64,000 bases of DNA from a virus. Its lineage: Duplodnaviria > Caudoviricetes. The notes below the pieces were generated by a model. It saw nothing but the letters and a program-made list of their open reading frames with translations. It searched no databases and was not told the origin of the DNA. Below, piece after piece: positions 31,213 through 40,965 of the stretch. Every line of letters begins with the position of its first letter. Positions within the stretch are counted from its first letter, which is position 1. The stretch covers positions 160,001 to 224,000 of IMG/VR virus record IMGVR_UViG_3300028048_000001; one strand, given 5' to 3'. A program made the translations under genes and the position numbers.

Positions 31213-31375
31213 TTTTTTCCTCCTTCTTCTCTTCTCTCTTGCTACCTCTGATCTTTTTAATAACAGCAAGAATTGTGCACAAAATACCAATGCGCAGAAT
31301 CATCCATCCTATATCACTACAGAAGTCTTCCATTGGACCCGGAAGTCCAATCAAGTTGAAATTCTTTTCTCTCAT
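31205..31375 (-). CDS. 56-aa single-TM protein
   Basis: MREKNFNLIGLPGPMEDFCSDIGWMILRIGILCTILAVIKK...; AGGAGG RBS; hand-translated. Confidence 0.6.
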   Translation of the reverse strand: MREKNFNLIGLPGPMEDFCSDIGWMILRIGILCTILAVIKKIRGSKREEKKEEKNE

Positions 31376-31492
31376 TTTTTCCTCCTTTTTACTTTAGTTA
31401 TCGAATAAACAATAGATCCGATATCTATTCATTCATTCACTTTTATATCATCTAATTGAAAAATTTAACTTTTTAAAAAATAAAAAGAAGGA

Positions 31493-32119
31493 TTATTCAT
31501 CCTTCTTTTTATTATCTGGTAATAATTTTACCCATGTATATAACTTTTTCATTATATTGATTATTTTAATATAAAATTTATAAATATCTATATCTTCATT
31601 ATTTATTCTTGATTTTTGAACAATATCACTTATATCATAATATAAGCTTATTAAATATTTCCCATTAGGTTTATTTTTTAATAAATTAAAATCAGAAATT
31701 ATACCATTTTCATCACATAATTTCAATCTTTCTTCAATAGATTCTGGCATATATTCTACAAACCATTTTTTAGGTAATGTATCTAAATTTGGTAAATCTA
31801 TATCTTTATCAAACATTATATATGGACAAGACCATCCTTCATCCATTTCTCTATTTTTATTATCTGTAAATATTAAATTAGAACATTCTATATCATATTC
31901 ACCAAAATCAAAAGCAATATCTTCAAGATTATTTTTAAAGTAATGTCCAGAACAGCTATATTTAGTCTTATATCCTTTTTGATTAAGTATCTGTATGATT
32001 GGAGCTATTAATTCATCAACTTCAAAACATGTTTGTCTTTTTTCTTTACTTTCTATTTCTTCATCTGTATCGTAAGATGTAGAAAAGTAATATTTATAAT
32101 CTTTTGTTAATAAAAACAT
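31493..32119 (-). CDS. Hypothetical phage protein
   Basis: VDELIAPIIQILNQKGYKTKYSCSGH, similar to a TYW3-like N-terminal motif. Confidence 0.65.
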   Translation of the reverse strand: MFLLTKDYKYYFSTSYDTDEEIESKEKRQTCFEVDELIAPIIQILNQKGYKTKYSCSGHYFKNNLEDIAFDFGEYDIECSNLIFTDNKNREMDEGWSCPYIMFDKDIDLPNLDTLPKKWFVEYMPESIEERLKLCDENGIISDFNLLKNKPNGKYLISLYYDISDIVQKSRINNEDIDIYKFYIKIINIMKKLYTWVKLLPDNKKKDE

Positions 32120-32122
32120 TAT

Positions 32123-32548
32123 TTATTTTTTCTCCTTCTCATAATCACAAATGTCTATGCATACACTCATATCTTTACTTCTGGCAATATCAATCATATT
32201 TCCTGTTCCCTTAGATTTACCATTCCAAAATGCTATTAAAACACCAGTAGCATTATCAGATGTTGCATATTCTGCCATCTGAGCATTTCTAATAATACCA
32301 GCTTTTCTACCATATTTAAACCAATCTGCAGGAAATATTTGTAAATTATATCCTTTCATTCTTGCATATGATTCACCTAGTCTATCTGTTCCTTTTGCGT
32401 TTCCTGATATAATAGTAATATTAATATCGTCATTATAATATCCAGATATTACTTTATCACAAGTTTGTGATAATCTTTTAAAATCATTAAATTCTCTTCC
32501 ACCAGCAATAATAATTCTAACATCATTGGGATTTTTCATTTTTATCAT
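32123..32548 (-). CDS. SLOG-superfamily (DUF2493/YspA-like) protein
   Basis: IIIAGGREF, ISGNAKGTD, PADWFKYGRKAGIIRNAQM, AFWNGKSKGT. Confidence 0.85.
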   Translation of the reverse strand: MIKMKNPNDVRIIIAGGREFNDFKRLSQTCDKVISGYYNDDINITIISGNAKGTDRLGESYARMKGYNLQIFPADWFKYGRKAGIIRNAQMAEYATSDNATGVLIAFWNGKSKGTGNMIDIARSKDMSVCIDICDYEKEKK

Positions 32549-32585
32549 CCTTTTTCTTGTTTAGATATAAATAAATTCTGTTACA

Positions 32586-32978
32586 TTATGCGATAAGATA
32601 TTTTTCAATAAAATACAAATATCCATATTTAGTAAATGGGGTATATAAATATCTATATCCATCCATAATTAATATATTATTATATTCATCTTTAAATATA
32701 AAATAATAATTAGATTTAAATTTTTTATTTTTATTATAAATACCAAAATCTACTAATTTCCATTTAATATGCTTTTTTGATTCATAATTTGGAAATAAAA
32801 TTCTTTTTATAAGTATATTTACTTCTTCAATAGCAGATAAAATAATATTATTATCATAATATGAAGCTCTTTTTATTTTTGATGGGTATTTATATGGATA
32901 TTTATTATAAGTATTTTTATTAATGTTTTTATTTTTTTCATATTTAATATCGATATCATTTTTATTATTCATTATCAT
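32586..32978 (-). CDS. Hypothetical protein
   Basis: 130-aa ORF with RBS. Confidence 0.55.
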   Translation of the reverse strand: MIMNNKNDIDIKYEKNKNINKNTYNKYPYKYPSKIKRASYYDNNIILSAIEEVNILIKRILFPNYESKKHIKWKLVDFGIYNKNKKFKSNYYFIFKDEYNNILIMDGYRYLYTPFTKYGYLYFIEKYLIA

Positions 32979-33049
32979 TCTCCTTTAAATTAAATATTAT
33001 AATACTGAAGAGCATATGCTCTTCAGTATTATAATATATTTTTATAATA

Positions 33050-35305
33050 TCATAATTTTATTACATTAGTGTAATTAGGTTTTTTATTACCAAAACTACT
33101 TAAACCTACCGATTCTATAGGAAATGTAGTTAAATTATCATCAATAATAGATTCATAATCAATAAAAGGAATTAAAAATTCTGGTACTGGTAAATCTTTA
33201 GGAAGTGCAATACATTCTAATTTTCCTTTAAATATTTCAGAAAGTTTTATATCATCAATCATTTTATCAGTATTAGGATCTAATATTTCGAGTAATCTAT
33301 CATACTGTGAAGGATATTGATTTTTAATTTTAATAACAGATTCTTTATCTATTTTAAGTTTAATTATATCTAAAGAATTTCTAGCTGTTAAATCAAAACC
33401 AGGTAAACCAGATTTAATATAATTCCATGCTAAACTTGCTTTAATCCCTTGTATTCTTAATGGATTTTCATATGCATTTGCAGCTTTTATAACCATTGGT
33501 TTAAAGTATTTTTTACTACCACTTTTAAGATCATTATAAATTTCTCTTTCAAGTATAGCTATATCTTTTATTAATTTTAATTGATCTACTTTTCCTGTAA
33601 GAATATCTTCAAGTAAAATTTTTCTTAAAGCTTTCTGTGTATCCTTAGATACAACAGATTTTGTTAAACATGGAATACCTTTACAATCTAATATTCCGCC
33701 ATTAAGATAATTTCCTTCTTGTAAAATTTGTAAAGAAACATAATTCTTTTTAGTTGAAGTTAACAATATCCTGGCTAACATAAATTCATTTTTCATATTA
33801 ATTCTACATAACTCATCAGACCTATAAGATCCAGATTGTTTTGTAAAATCAATCATATAAAGATTAATAATTGTAGATAATATATAACACATAATATTTA
33901 TTAAAGCAAATTTCATATTATCTTGTGGTATAATTTCTAAAGCATTTATTAATCTTTTTCTTTCAATAATTTCTTGATTATAAAAATCATAATCTTTTTC
34001 ATTATCTAAAAATTCTAATCCTTCTAATCTAGAAGTATCTATTATATCTCCAAATTCATCAGTTTCAAGAATTTCAATTCCTTGTCTTTTATCAATAGAA
34101 TTATACCAATCTGGAATTTCTTTATCTTTCCAATAAAAATCTTTAGATTTCTTTTCTTTTTCTAATTTCATGAAAAGATCTAATTGTTGATGGATAATTG
34201 GACAGTCAATATCTTTAAGATATTCCATATTATAATGATACCATGCATCTAGAGATACAAAAGATGAATCTGTATCTGATACAATAGAAATATTCTTAAT
34301 CATATTTTTATTTCTATCCATTCTATCCATCCATTGATGATTATAGAATACATATTCAACCAATAAATCTCTTAATTCATTTAATTGAGGAATAATTTCT
34401 TTAGGTGGTTTTGCAGGTTCTATATATGGAGTCTGCATATTTGAGATAATAGAAATCATAAGATTTCTTGCTATTGGAAGATCCATAAAACAATATAAAT
34501 TATTTTTATAAAACAAACGATTTAATTCTATTTGATTACAATTTTGAAGAATTTTGTATATTGTATCCATATCTTCATAAGAAGGTATATACTTATATCC
34601 ACAATTCATCATGAGTTTATTAAAGCATTCTTCTAAATTTACAAAACCAGAAGATTCTAATATAGAATAATCGTTATATTTCCAAGATGAATATTCTAAT
34701 CTTACATTATCAATAAAAATAAGAATATCATTTAATGATGAAAATTTTACATTATTACCAAGAAATCCTTCAAAACACAATATAGCAGAAGATATAAGAG
34801 ATCTTCCTGTTGAAGTAACAGCAGGTGCTATATTAAGATCAAAAAGAATAGATACATAAAGGCCGATCAACCCATATATGCCATTAACATCTATTTTACT
34901 AAGTGCTTGTAATAAATTATATTTTTCAAATTGTTCACTTCCTTTTGGATATTTGAACATTTCTTTTTTATATTGTTTTCTTAAATCTAGAAAGCTTTGT
35001 ATAACTTTAGCCATTGGATTAGGTACTGTTTCATGTCTTTTAAACATTGTACCATAACTAGTTATAATAGGCTCTCTATTTTTTATATAATCAAGTATTT
35101 CTAATGCTGTCATATTTGCAGTTTTTTCATTGTATTTATTCTGTATTTTTAAATCAAAATCTTTAAATCTTTTTTGTATACTATATTCTACAGCTCTTTC
35201 TATATCTTCTTTATTCATCAAAGGATATTTAGAATTTATAATTCTTGTCATCGTATCTCTATATTGTAATAATATAGAATGATCTTTAATTTTTACCTTA
35301 TTCAA
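33050..35305 (-). CDS. Family B DNA polymerase, polymerase-domain subunit of a split phiKZ-type enzyme
   Basis: Motif B QALSKIDVNGIYG, VTSTGR, motif C SDTDSSF, KNE..KKNY..KG; no N-terminal exonuclease. Confidence 0.88.
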   Translation of the reverse strand: MNKVKIKDHSILLQYRDTMTRIINSKYPLMNKEDIERAVEYSIQKRFKDFDLKIQNKYNEKTANMTALEILDYIKNREPIITSYGTMFKRHETVPNPMAKVIQSFLDLRKQYKKEMFKYPKGSEQFEKYNLLQALSKIDVNGIYGLIGLYVSILFDLNIAPAVTSTGRSLISSAILCFEGFLGNNVKFSSLNDILIFIDNVRLEYSSWKYNDYSILESSGFVNLEECFNKLMMNCGYKYIPSYEDMDTIYKILQNCNQIELNRLFYKNNLYCFMDLPIARNLMISIISNMQTPYIEPAKPPKEIIPQLNELRDLLVEYVFYNHQWMDRMDRNKNMIKNISIVSDTDSSFVSLDAWYHYNMEYLKDIDCPIIHQQLDLFMKLEKEKKSKDFYWKDKEIPDWYNSIDKRQGIEILETDEFGDIIDTSRLEGLEFLDNEKDYDFYNQEIIERKRLINALEIIPQDNMKFALINIMCYILSTIINLYMIDFTKQSGSYRSDELCRINMKNEFMLARILLTSTKKNYVSLQILQEGNYLNGGILDCKGIPCLTKSVVSKDTQKALRKILLEDILTGKVDQLKLIKDIAILEREIYNDLKSGSKKYFKPMVIKAANAYENPLRIQGIKASLAWNYIKSGLPGFDLTARNSLDIIKLKIDKESVIKIKNQYPSQYDRLLEILDPNTDKMIDDIKLSEIFKGKLECIALPKDLPVPEFLIPFIDYESIIDDNLTTFPIESVGLSSFGNKKPNYTNVIKL

Positions 35306-35335
35306 TTTATCACCCCTTATTATAAATATAAATAA

Positions 35336-35659
35336 TTAATAAATCAATACTACATTATCAGAATCGATTAAATATGTTATTCCATTCTCAAAAGTTATTT
35401 GAATTTGATCAGATTTTTTATAATTTATATAATTTTTAATTTTCCCTTCTATTACTTTATCATTTGGTAATTTTATAATAGCTGTACGAAAATCATTAAT
35501 ATGTACAGTGGTTCTATCAATAATAATATCATTTATTATTGCATATCCAAGTAAAATAGCTAATATAACAGCTAATATAAATTTAGTATTAAAAATAAGA
35601 TCTATTAAACTATACCAAAAATAATCTTTTATATAATTATTATCCTTTTTATCTTTCAT
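35336..35659 (-). CDS. Membrane-anchored hypothetical protein
   Basis: One N-terminal TM segment. Confidence 0.65.
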   Translation of the reverse strand: MKDKKDNNYIKDYFWYSLIDLIFNTKFILAVILAILLGYAIINDIIIDRTTVHINDFRTAIIKLPNDKVIEGKIKNYINYKKSDQIQITFENGITYLIDSDNVVLIY

Positions 35660-35711
35660 AAAAATATCCTTTTATAATTTATTATTATAATATTATTTTA
35701 TTAATCATATT

Positions 35712-36038
35712 TTACCATGCAGAAATTTTTTGCTTTTCTATAATTAAATCATATCCAGACGGTGCATCATCTTCTATTTCATATCCTATTATTAAAGCAT
35801 TATTATATAAATCTGTATCTTTATTATTTGGATATATTGCTGTTTCACAATCCCATTCATATATTCCTCTAAATAATATATCTACAATTCCATTTTCTAT
35901 AGTATAATCTGTTTCGTTTCTATCAATAGTTACAATTTTACCATCATTTCTTTTAATAGAAATTGTATTAAGATATAAAGATTCTTTTTCAACAATTTTG
36001 TTTTTATAAGTTCCTGTAAATTCTATTTTCATTTTCAA
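35712..36038 (-). CDS. Hypothetical protein
   Basis: 108-aa ORF with GGAGG RBS. Confidence 0.65.
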   Translation of the reverse strand: MKMKIEFTGTYKNKIVEKESLYLNTISIKRNDGKIVTIDRNETDYTIENGIVDILFRGIYEWDCETAIYPNNKDTDLYNNALIIGYEIEDDAPSGYDLIIEKQKISAW

Positions 36039-36102
36039 TCCTCCATATTATTAAATTAAATAAACCTCAAGTGTATTTCTACACTTGAGGTAAATTTTTA
36101 AT

Positions 36103-36570
36103 TTAGCACATACATTTTTTACAATCAATAAGATTCATACTATTAGCCCAGGAAATAACTTTTGCTTTAGTATCATAATCTGGAATTTGCTCAATAATAA
36201 TTGGACCAAATACCATTATAAGATTAGGAATTCCTTGACCATCAGGATCAAATTTAAGTTTATCAAACATTCTACAAGTTTTATAACCAACTTCAATCAT
36301 TTCTGATTGAAATCTGTCATCAAACTCTTTTTTGTAATTATCTCTTACATTTACATAATGCATATATGGATAAAATAAAGCTAATCTCTCTTTAAAACTC
36401 ATTTTATCCCAATTATCAATTAACCATCTCCATCTTTCATAATTCTCATTAATTATAGAAGAAGATCCTTTTCCATTACAATTACAATCACAATCTGGAT
36501 TAACTTTAACAGTATTGGATACAGGATTAAAAAATTCTCCTTTTACATCTTTCTCAATATAGTTACCCAT
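36103..36570 (-). CDS. Hypothetical protein with Cys clusters
   Basis: CDCNC and CKKCMC. Confidence 0.65.
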   Translation of the reverse strand: MGNYIEKDVKGEFFNPVSNTVKVNPDCDCNCNGKGSSSIINENYERWRWLIDNWDKMSFKERLALFYPYMHYVNVRDNYKKEFDDRFQSEMIEVGYKTCRMFDKLKFDPDGQGIPNLIMVFGPIIIEQIPDYDTKAKVISWANSMNLIDCKKCMC

Positions 36571-36575
36571 AGCTT

Positions 36576-37070
36576 TTATTCCTTTTCAGTGCAGAAGAAT
36601 ACTCCTTCTTCTTCACCAACAAGCTCTGTAGCAATATCCTGATAAAGAGTAGATCTTAATCCATTAATATCTTTAAGACTATCAATACCATACTGAACAA
36701 CTTTATTCTTAAAAACAACATAAGTTACAGGATTTGTAAAAGCTCCAGTAACGGTCTTCTGATATAAATATGCAGGGTTTCCTTTAAATGCTGCCTCAAT
36801 AATTCCAGCTCTTGTATTTAAAAATTCATTAGAAGGAATTATATTGATCTTAAGAATAACATCACCAAAAGCCTGTTCTGAAGGAAGAAGTTTTTCTATA
36901 GCATTAGCTTTAGTATCACCATTTACATAAAGTTTAAGAACCAAATTATCATTATCATAAACAATTTTAATATCAGGATCTTCTCCAAAAAGAGCTTCAA
37001 TTTCTTTAGTATAACAAACCCATGGAGAATAAATATTTAAGTTTTTACTATTGATATTATCAGACATCAT
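36576..37070 (-). CDS. Hypothetical phage protein
   Basis: 164-aa ORF, GGAGG RBS. Confidence 0.7.
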   Translation of the reverse strand: MMSDNINSKNLNIYSPWVCYTKEIEALFGEDPDIKIVYDNDNLVLKLYVNGDTKANAIEKLLPSEQAFGDVILKINIIPSNEFLNTRAGIIEAAFKGNPAYLYQKTVTGAFTNPVTYVVFKNKVVQYGIDSLKDINGLRSTLYQDIATELVGEEEGVFFCTEKE

Positions 37071-37086
37071 AATAATATCCTCCTTA

Positions 37087-37779
37087 TTATTCTTCTGTTT
37101 CAGTTTCTACCTTAGCTTCTTCTGAAGTTGTATTAACCTGGATATCATCAGCAATATCAGAATTAATATTTTCAGTTACTTCTGCCTTTTCTTCTACAAC
37201 AGGAGCAAGAGGAGTTCCTTCTTCAGGAATAACTTCAATACTAGAATTTTCAGATTTATTATCATCATTCCACTGGAAAAGATGACGATAGTTTTCCATA
37301 ATATTATCAATTCTATTATGAAGTTCTTTCTTAAAAGAGGTCTTCAGTCTTTCCTGAATATAAAGAATACGAATATTAATTCTATCACCACTTACATAAC
37401 CACTTCTTTGAGCGTTAGCAAGATCCATCATAATATAATTGAACTGGGAAACAGTTTTAGTATCATCCTGAGCAAAACCTTTATCATTAACAAGATAATT
37501 CAAAATCTCTTTCATAGTAATTTTCTGAATATTACTAGTATTTGAAATATCTGTATTAGCAATATCGTTATCAAGATATTCAGCTACAGCTTCAATCATA
37601 TCAAGATTTGCATTCTGCTTTGCAATAATCTCTTGCTTCTTGTTATACTGCTGATTATTGTTTCTATTGTTATTACGATTATTAAAATTTCTGTTACCAT
37701 TGTTTCTGTTGTTATTAAAATTTCTCTTATTGTTACCATTGTAACTCATAACAAATGTCCTTTCTTGGGTTTTGCCCAT
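37087..37779 (-). CDS. Protein with N/R-rich N-terminus and acidic C-terminus
   Basis: NNKRNFNNNRNNGNRNFNNRNNNRNNNQQ low-complexity tract; start may be MSYNG. Confidence 0.7.
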   Translation of the reverse strand: MGKTQERTFVMSYNGNNKRNFNNNRNNGNRNFNNRNNNRNNNQQYNKKQEIIAKQNANLDMIEAVAEYLDNDIANTDISNTSNIQKITMKEILNYLVNDKGFAQDDTKTVSQFNYIMMDLANAQRSGYVSGDRINIRILYIQERLKTSFKKELHNRIDNIMENYRHLFQWNDDNKSENSSIEVIPEEGTPLAPVVEEKAEVTENINSDIADDIQVNTTSEEAKVETETEE

Positions 37780-37960
37780 ATAAAATTAAAAAGTTTTTGT
37801 AATATATAGTGAATAATATATTATTTTTTAATTTACAACTTTTCTATAATGATTAGTATTATATTTATGAGATAATAAAACGAGCTCAATTATTTCATAA
37901 TCAATATTATAATATCTAATTATTCTAAATATTCTACATGTAGAAAGGAAAAATTATATT

Positions 37961-38425
37961 ATGGGACTGTATTCTAGTAATGAAGATGAATATTATGGTA
38001 TTGATGAAAATGCTCTTATAGAAGCTTTTCTGATTGATGATCTTACACATAATTATGGGGAAGATGCAATCCATGAGTTTTGTGCTCCTGGTGGAGTAGC
38101 AGATGCTTTACTTGAAGCTAAAGTTCTTTCTAATAAAAGAACTGTTATTAGACTTGACAAAACTGCTGATGCTTTAAGGCGTAAAGTTATTACTGCTATT
38201 ATGATGGCAAAAGCTAAGAAAGATCCTCTTTATGCTAAGCTTGTTAAATATCAACTTCTTCGTAAACAAACCAGACAAAAGATTGTTGATAAATATGGAG
38301 CAAAAGCTACTAAGGCTGCAATCAAAGGTCAGAAAGCTTATGTTAAATCTATGAGAGGAGTTAATATTTCTAATAATGTTAATTCTTCTATTTCTGATGC
38401 TATTTCTAAAGATAAAAATCGTTGA
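37961..38425 (+). CDS. Putative internal virion protein (acidic N-terminus, basic C-terminus)
   Basis: 154-aa ORF, RBS, AACT-N6-TA upstream. Confidence 0.65.
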   Translation: MGLYSSNEDEYYGIDENALIEAFLIDDLTHNYGEDAIHEFCAPGGVADALLEAKVLSNKRTVIRLDKTADALRRKVITAIMMAKAKKDPLYAKLVKYQLLRKQTRQKIVDKYGAKATKAAIKGQKAYVKSMRGVNISNNVNSSISDAISKDKNR

Positions 38426-38516
38426 TCTCTCCTTTTTCTTTTATCCCGATAGGTTTTATACCTATTGGGATTTTTAACTTCAATATAATATTATTAAAAT
38501 TTAGGAGATATCAAAA

Positions 38517-38960
38517 ATGCATCTACCTGAATTGGGTTCTTATCCATTAACATTGAGAGATTTTGACATAAGTAATCCTAGGCGAGGAGAATTACTTCTT
38601 GATTATAGTAAATATGAATTGTATTATGTAAATAAATATACTGGAGAACTGGTATCTATGGCTCAAGATATTTATCAAAGAATACTTAGAGCCAAAATGG
38701 AAAATACCAATATTATAAGATATGATAATACAGATAATCCTTCTCCAGTTATTGGAAAAAATTTATCATTACAAAATGCTACAGTAATAGGAACTACAGT
38801 ACAATTAGAAGAATCTAAATATACATATGCTCAATTTAGAGAAGATGTAGAAAGATATACTCTTTTTCTTGATGATAGTATGTATATGCATCCTCCAATT
38901 TCTGAAAGAGAATACAATACATTTTATTATATTATTAATTCTGCAACTATTGTGAATTAA
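38517..38960 (+). CDS. Putative structural protein
   Basis: 147-aa ORF, AGGAG RBS, AACT-N6-TA upstream. Confidence 0.6.
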   Translation: MHLPELGSYPLTLRDFDISNPRRGELLLDYSKYELYYVNKYTGELVSMAQDIYQRILRAKMENTNIIRYDNTDNPSPVIGKNLSLQNATVIGTTVQLEESKYTYAQFREDVERYTLFLDDSMYMHPPISEREYNTFYYIINSATIVN

Positions 38961-39001
38961 AAACAATCCCAAGAAGGAATCAATTCCTTCTTGGGATTTA
39001 A

Positions 39002-39631
39002 TTAACTTATACTAATATTGATTCCTATTTTATTTGTGAATTTAGCTCCAGTATTTTTCTGAGTATATGGTATAGATACTCTTCCATATTTTGATTTATA
39101 AATTATTTCATTTGTAGATCTTTTAATAATTACCGTACAAGGACTTGTATCACAAATATTAACAGCAGCTTGATAATCTGGTGTTTTGTCTATAATATTA
39201 GAATTTCTTGTATTTTTTATAATATATAATTCCGAAGATTTAGGTATCGATTTTCCATTATTATCTATAAGATTAAGATACATAGCCAATAATGTAGACA
39301 ATTTTTCTTTGTTTAAATCAATAGCATCAGAAATTATAATATTCTTTTTTACTTTATTTGTATACCATACAGAATTTGGTGAATTACATATTCTAAAATT
39401 ATATCCACCAAAATTTAAAATTTCTTTTAATTTAGTCAATTCTTTTATTGTTGGAACAACAATATCATATTCTTTCATATGTGTAAATACACAAAACATA
39501 GAAGAATTATTTTCTATTAATTTATGAATATCCGAAATTACAGATCCTAATAATACTTCAACTTTTCTTGTATCTATTTTTTCTGGCATATCTATTCCAG
39601 TATTATTATCAAACATATATATTTTGCCCAT
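39002..39631 (-). CDS. Hypothetical protein
   Basis: 209-aa ORF co-transcribed with the GH73-like gene. Confidence 0.65.
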   Translation of the reverse strand: MGKIYMFDNNTGIDMPEKIDTRKVEVLLGSVISDIHKLIENNSSMFCVFTHMKEYDIVVPTIKELTKLKEILNFGGYNFRICNSPNSVWYTNKVKKNIIISDAIDLNKEKLSTLLAMYLNLIDNNGKSIPKSSELYIIKNTRNSNIIDKTPDYQAAVNICDTSPCTVIIKRSTNEIIYKSKYGRVSIPYTQKNTGAKFTNKIGINISIS

Positions 39632-39645
39632 ATACTATTCCTTTC

Positions 39646-40632
39646 TTATCTAATATTGATATATCCATATATAAGATTAGGATCTGGTTTCATATTTTCT
39701 ATACCTTTTACAGTAGTAATTTTAGCTCTACCGTTATATACTATATTATCATAAAAATAGAATGTTCCAGATACGTATCTATCTGGTTTAGAAGATATAG
39801 TATTTTTATATACTGCTCTTTTATTTAATATTAGTTGTTTACCAGTTTCTGGTTTTACAACAGGAATAGCTTTTGGAGTATTATCTGGTTCTACAATAAC
39901 AGATCTATCCCAAGGATCAAAGAAAATTTCACCATTATCATTAATAAATACTTTATAACCTTCATGTTTAAATGCCATCTTTAATGCATCTTCGTATATT
40001 GCTGAAGCATATATTTGAGAATCTGGATTATCCCAACTTAATCTTACTCTATACATATTCATATTAATTTTATTCTCTTTTTCTATAATATTATTTTTTA
40101 TTACTTTTTCTTTAATTTCGGAATCCCATAAATATAATTTATATTTTTCTATAATATTTATCATCTTATCTTGTATAAATTTTATATCATCATTTAATCT
40201 AAAATAATCTTGCATAAATCCTGCTCTTATTAATTTATCAATACAGGATTTATAATTAAAATCTTCAATAGCAAATTGATATTTTAATGGACCATTTTTA
40301 GATCTTCTCTTTGTAACAATGTAATTTATAAAATCTTCAATAGATTGATTATAATTTTTATAAGCTTTATATAATATTGGTCCAACCTCTCTACATTCTG
40401 ATCTTTTATTATAAATTTTACCAGAATTTTTTGAATAGCACATTCCAAACCATAATTCATCTATCGGTAAGTTAAATAAATTTCTAGCAAATGCGGCTTC
40501 TCTAGTAGTAGCAAAATTTGATTTTATTATAGATATCATTGCTACTATAGAAGGACAAAATCTATTTTTATTGCATTCATTAATTATTGTAGGTTTTATC
40601 ATATTAAGAAATGTTTGTTCGTTATTAGTCAT
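39646..40632 (-). CDS. GH73 glucosaminidase-like protein with putative cell-wall-binding C-terminus; catalytic site looks degenerate
   Basis: PSIVAMISIIKSNF, ARNLFNL, YKAYKNYNQSIEDF, IIEKYKLYLWD follow the FlgJ/GH73 layout; YRVRLSWDNPDSQI domain. Confidence 0.65.
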   Translation of the reverse strand: MTNNEQTFLNMIKPTIINECNKNRFCPSIVAMISIIKSNFATTREAAFARNLFNLPIDELWFGMCYSKNSGKIYNKRSECREVGPILYKAYKNYNQSIEDFINYIVTKRRSKNGPLKYQFAIEDFNYKSCIDKLIRAGFMQDYFRLNDDIKFIQDKMINIIEKYKLYLWDSEIKEKVIKNNIIEKENKINMNMYRVRLSWDNPDSQIYASAIYEDALKMAFKHEGYKVFINDNGEIFFDPWDRSVIVEPDNTPKAIPVVKPETGKQLILNKRAVYKNTISSKPDRYVSGTFYFYDNIVYNGRAKITTVKGIENMKPDPNLIYGYINIR

Positions 40633-40754
40633 ATTACATTCCTTTTATATATAAGATTATAAAGATGTTTTGGAAATCTATGATTTATAAATAGATATTA
40701 TAAATATGGAAGACAGTGTAGCTTCCACTATAATAGCGAAAGGGACTTATTAAA

Positions 40755-40901
40755 ATGTGTAACTTTAGATCTTATTTTGGAGAAGATACTACGACATATG
40801 GTTATGAATATGATCGAAGTATATTTGAAGATATAGGACCTAACGATACAGATGAAGGAGGTGATGTAGAAATTCGTTTTAGCCTAGAAGATGAAAAATA
40901 A
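40755..40901 (+). CDS. 48-aa acidic protein
   Basis: MCNFRSYFGEDTTTYGYEYDRSIFEDIGPNDTDEGGDVEIRFSLEDEK; AAGGGA RBS; hairpin downstream; hand-translated. Confidence 0.5.
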   Translation: MCNFRSYFGEDTTTYGYEYDRSIFEDIGPNDTDEGGDVEIRFSLEDEK

Positions 40902-40965
40902 TATAATAATAATCTAATATTGATAAATATGCCAAAGGATAAAAATTATCCTTTGGCATTATATA

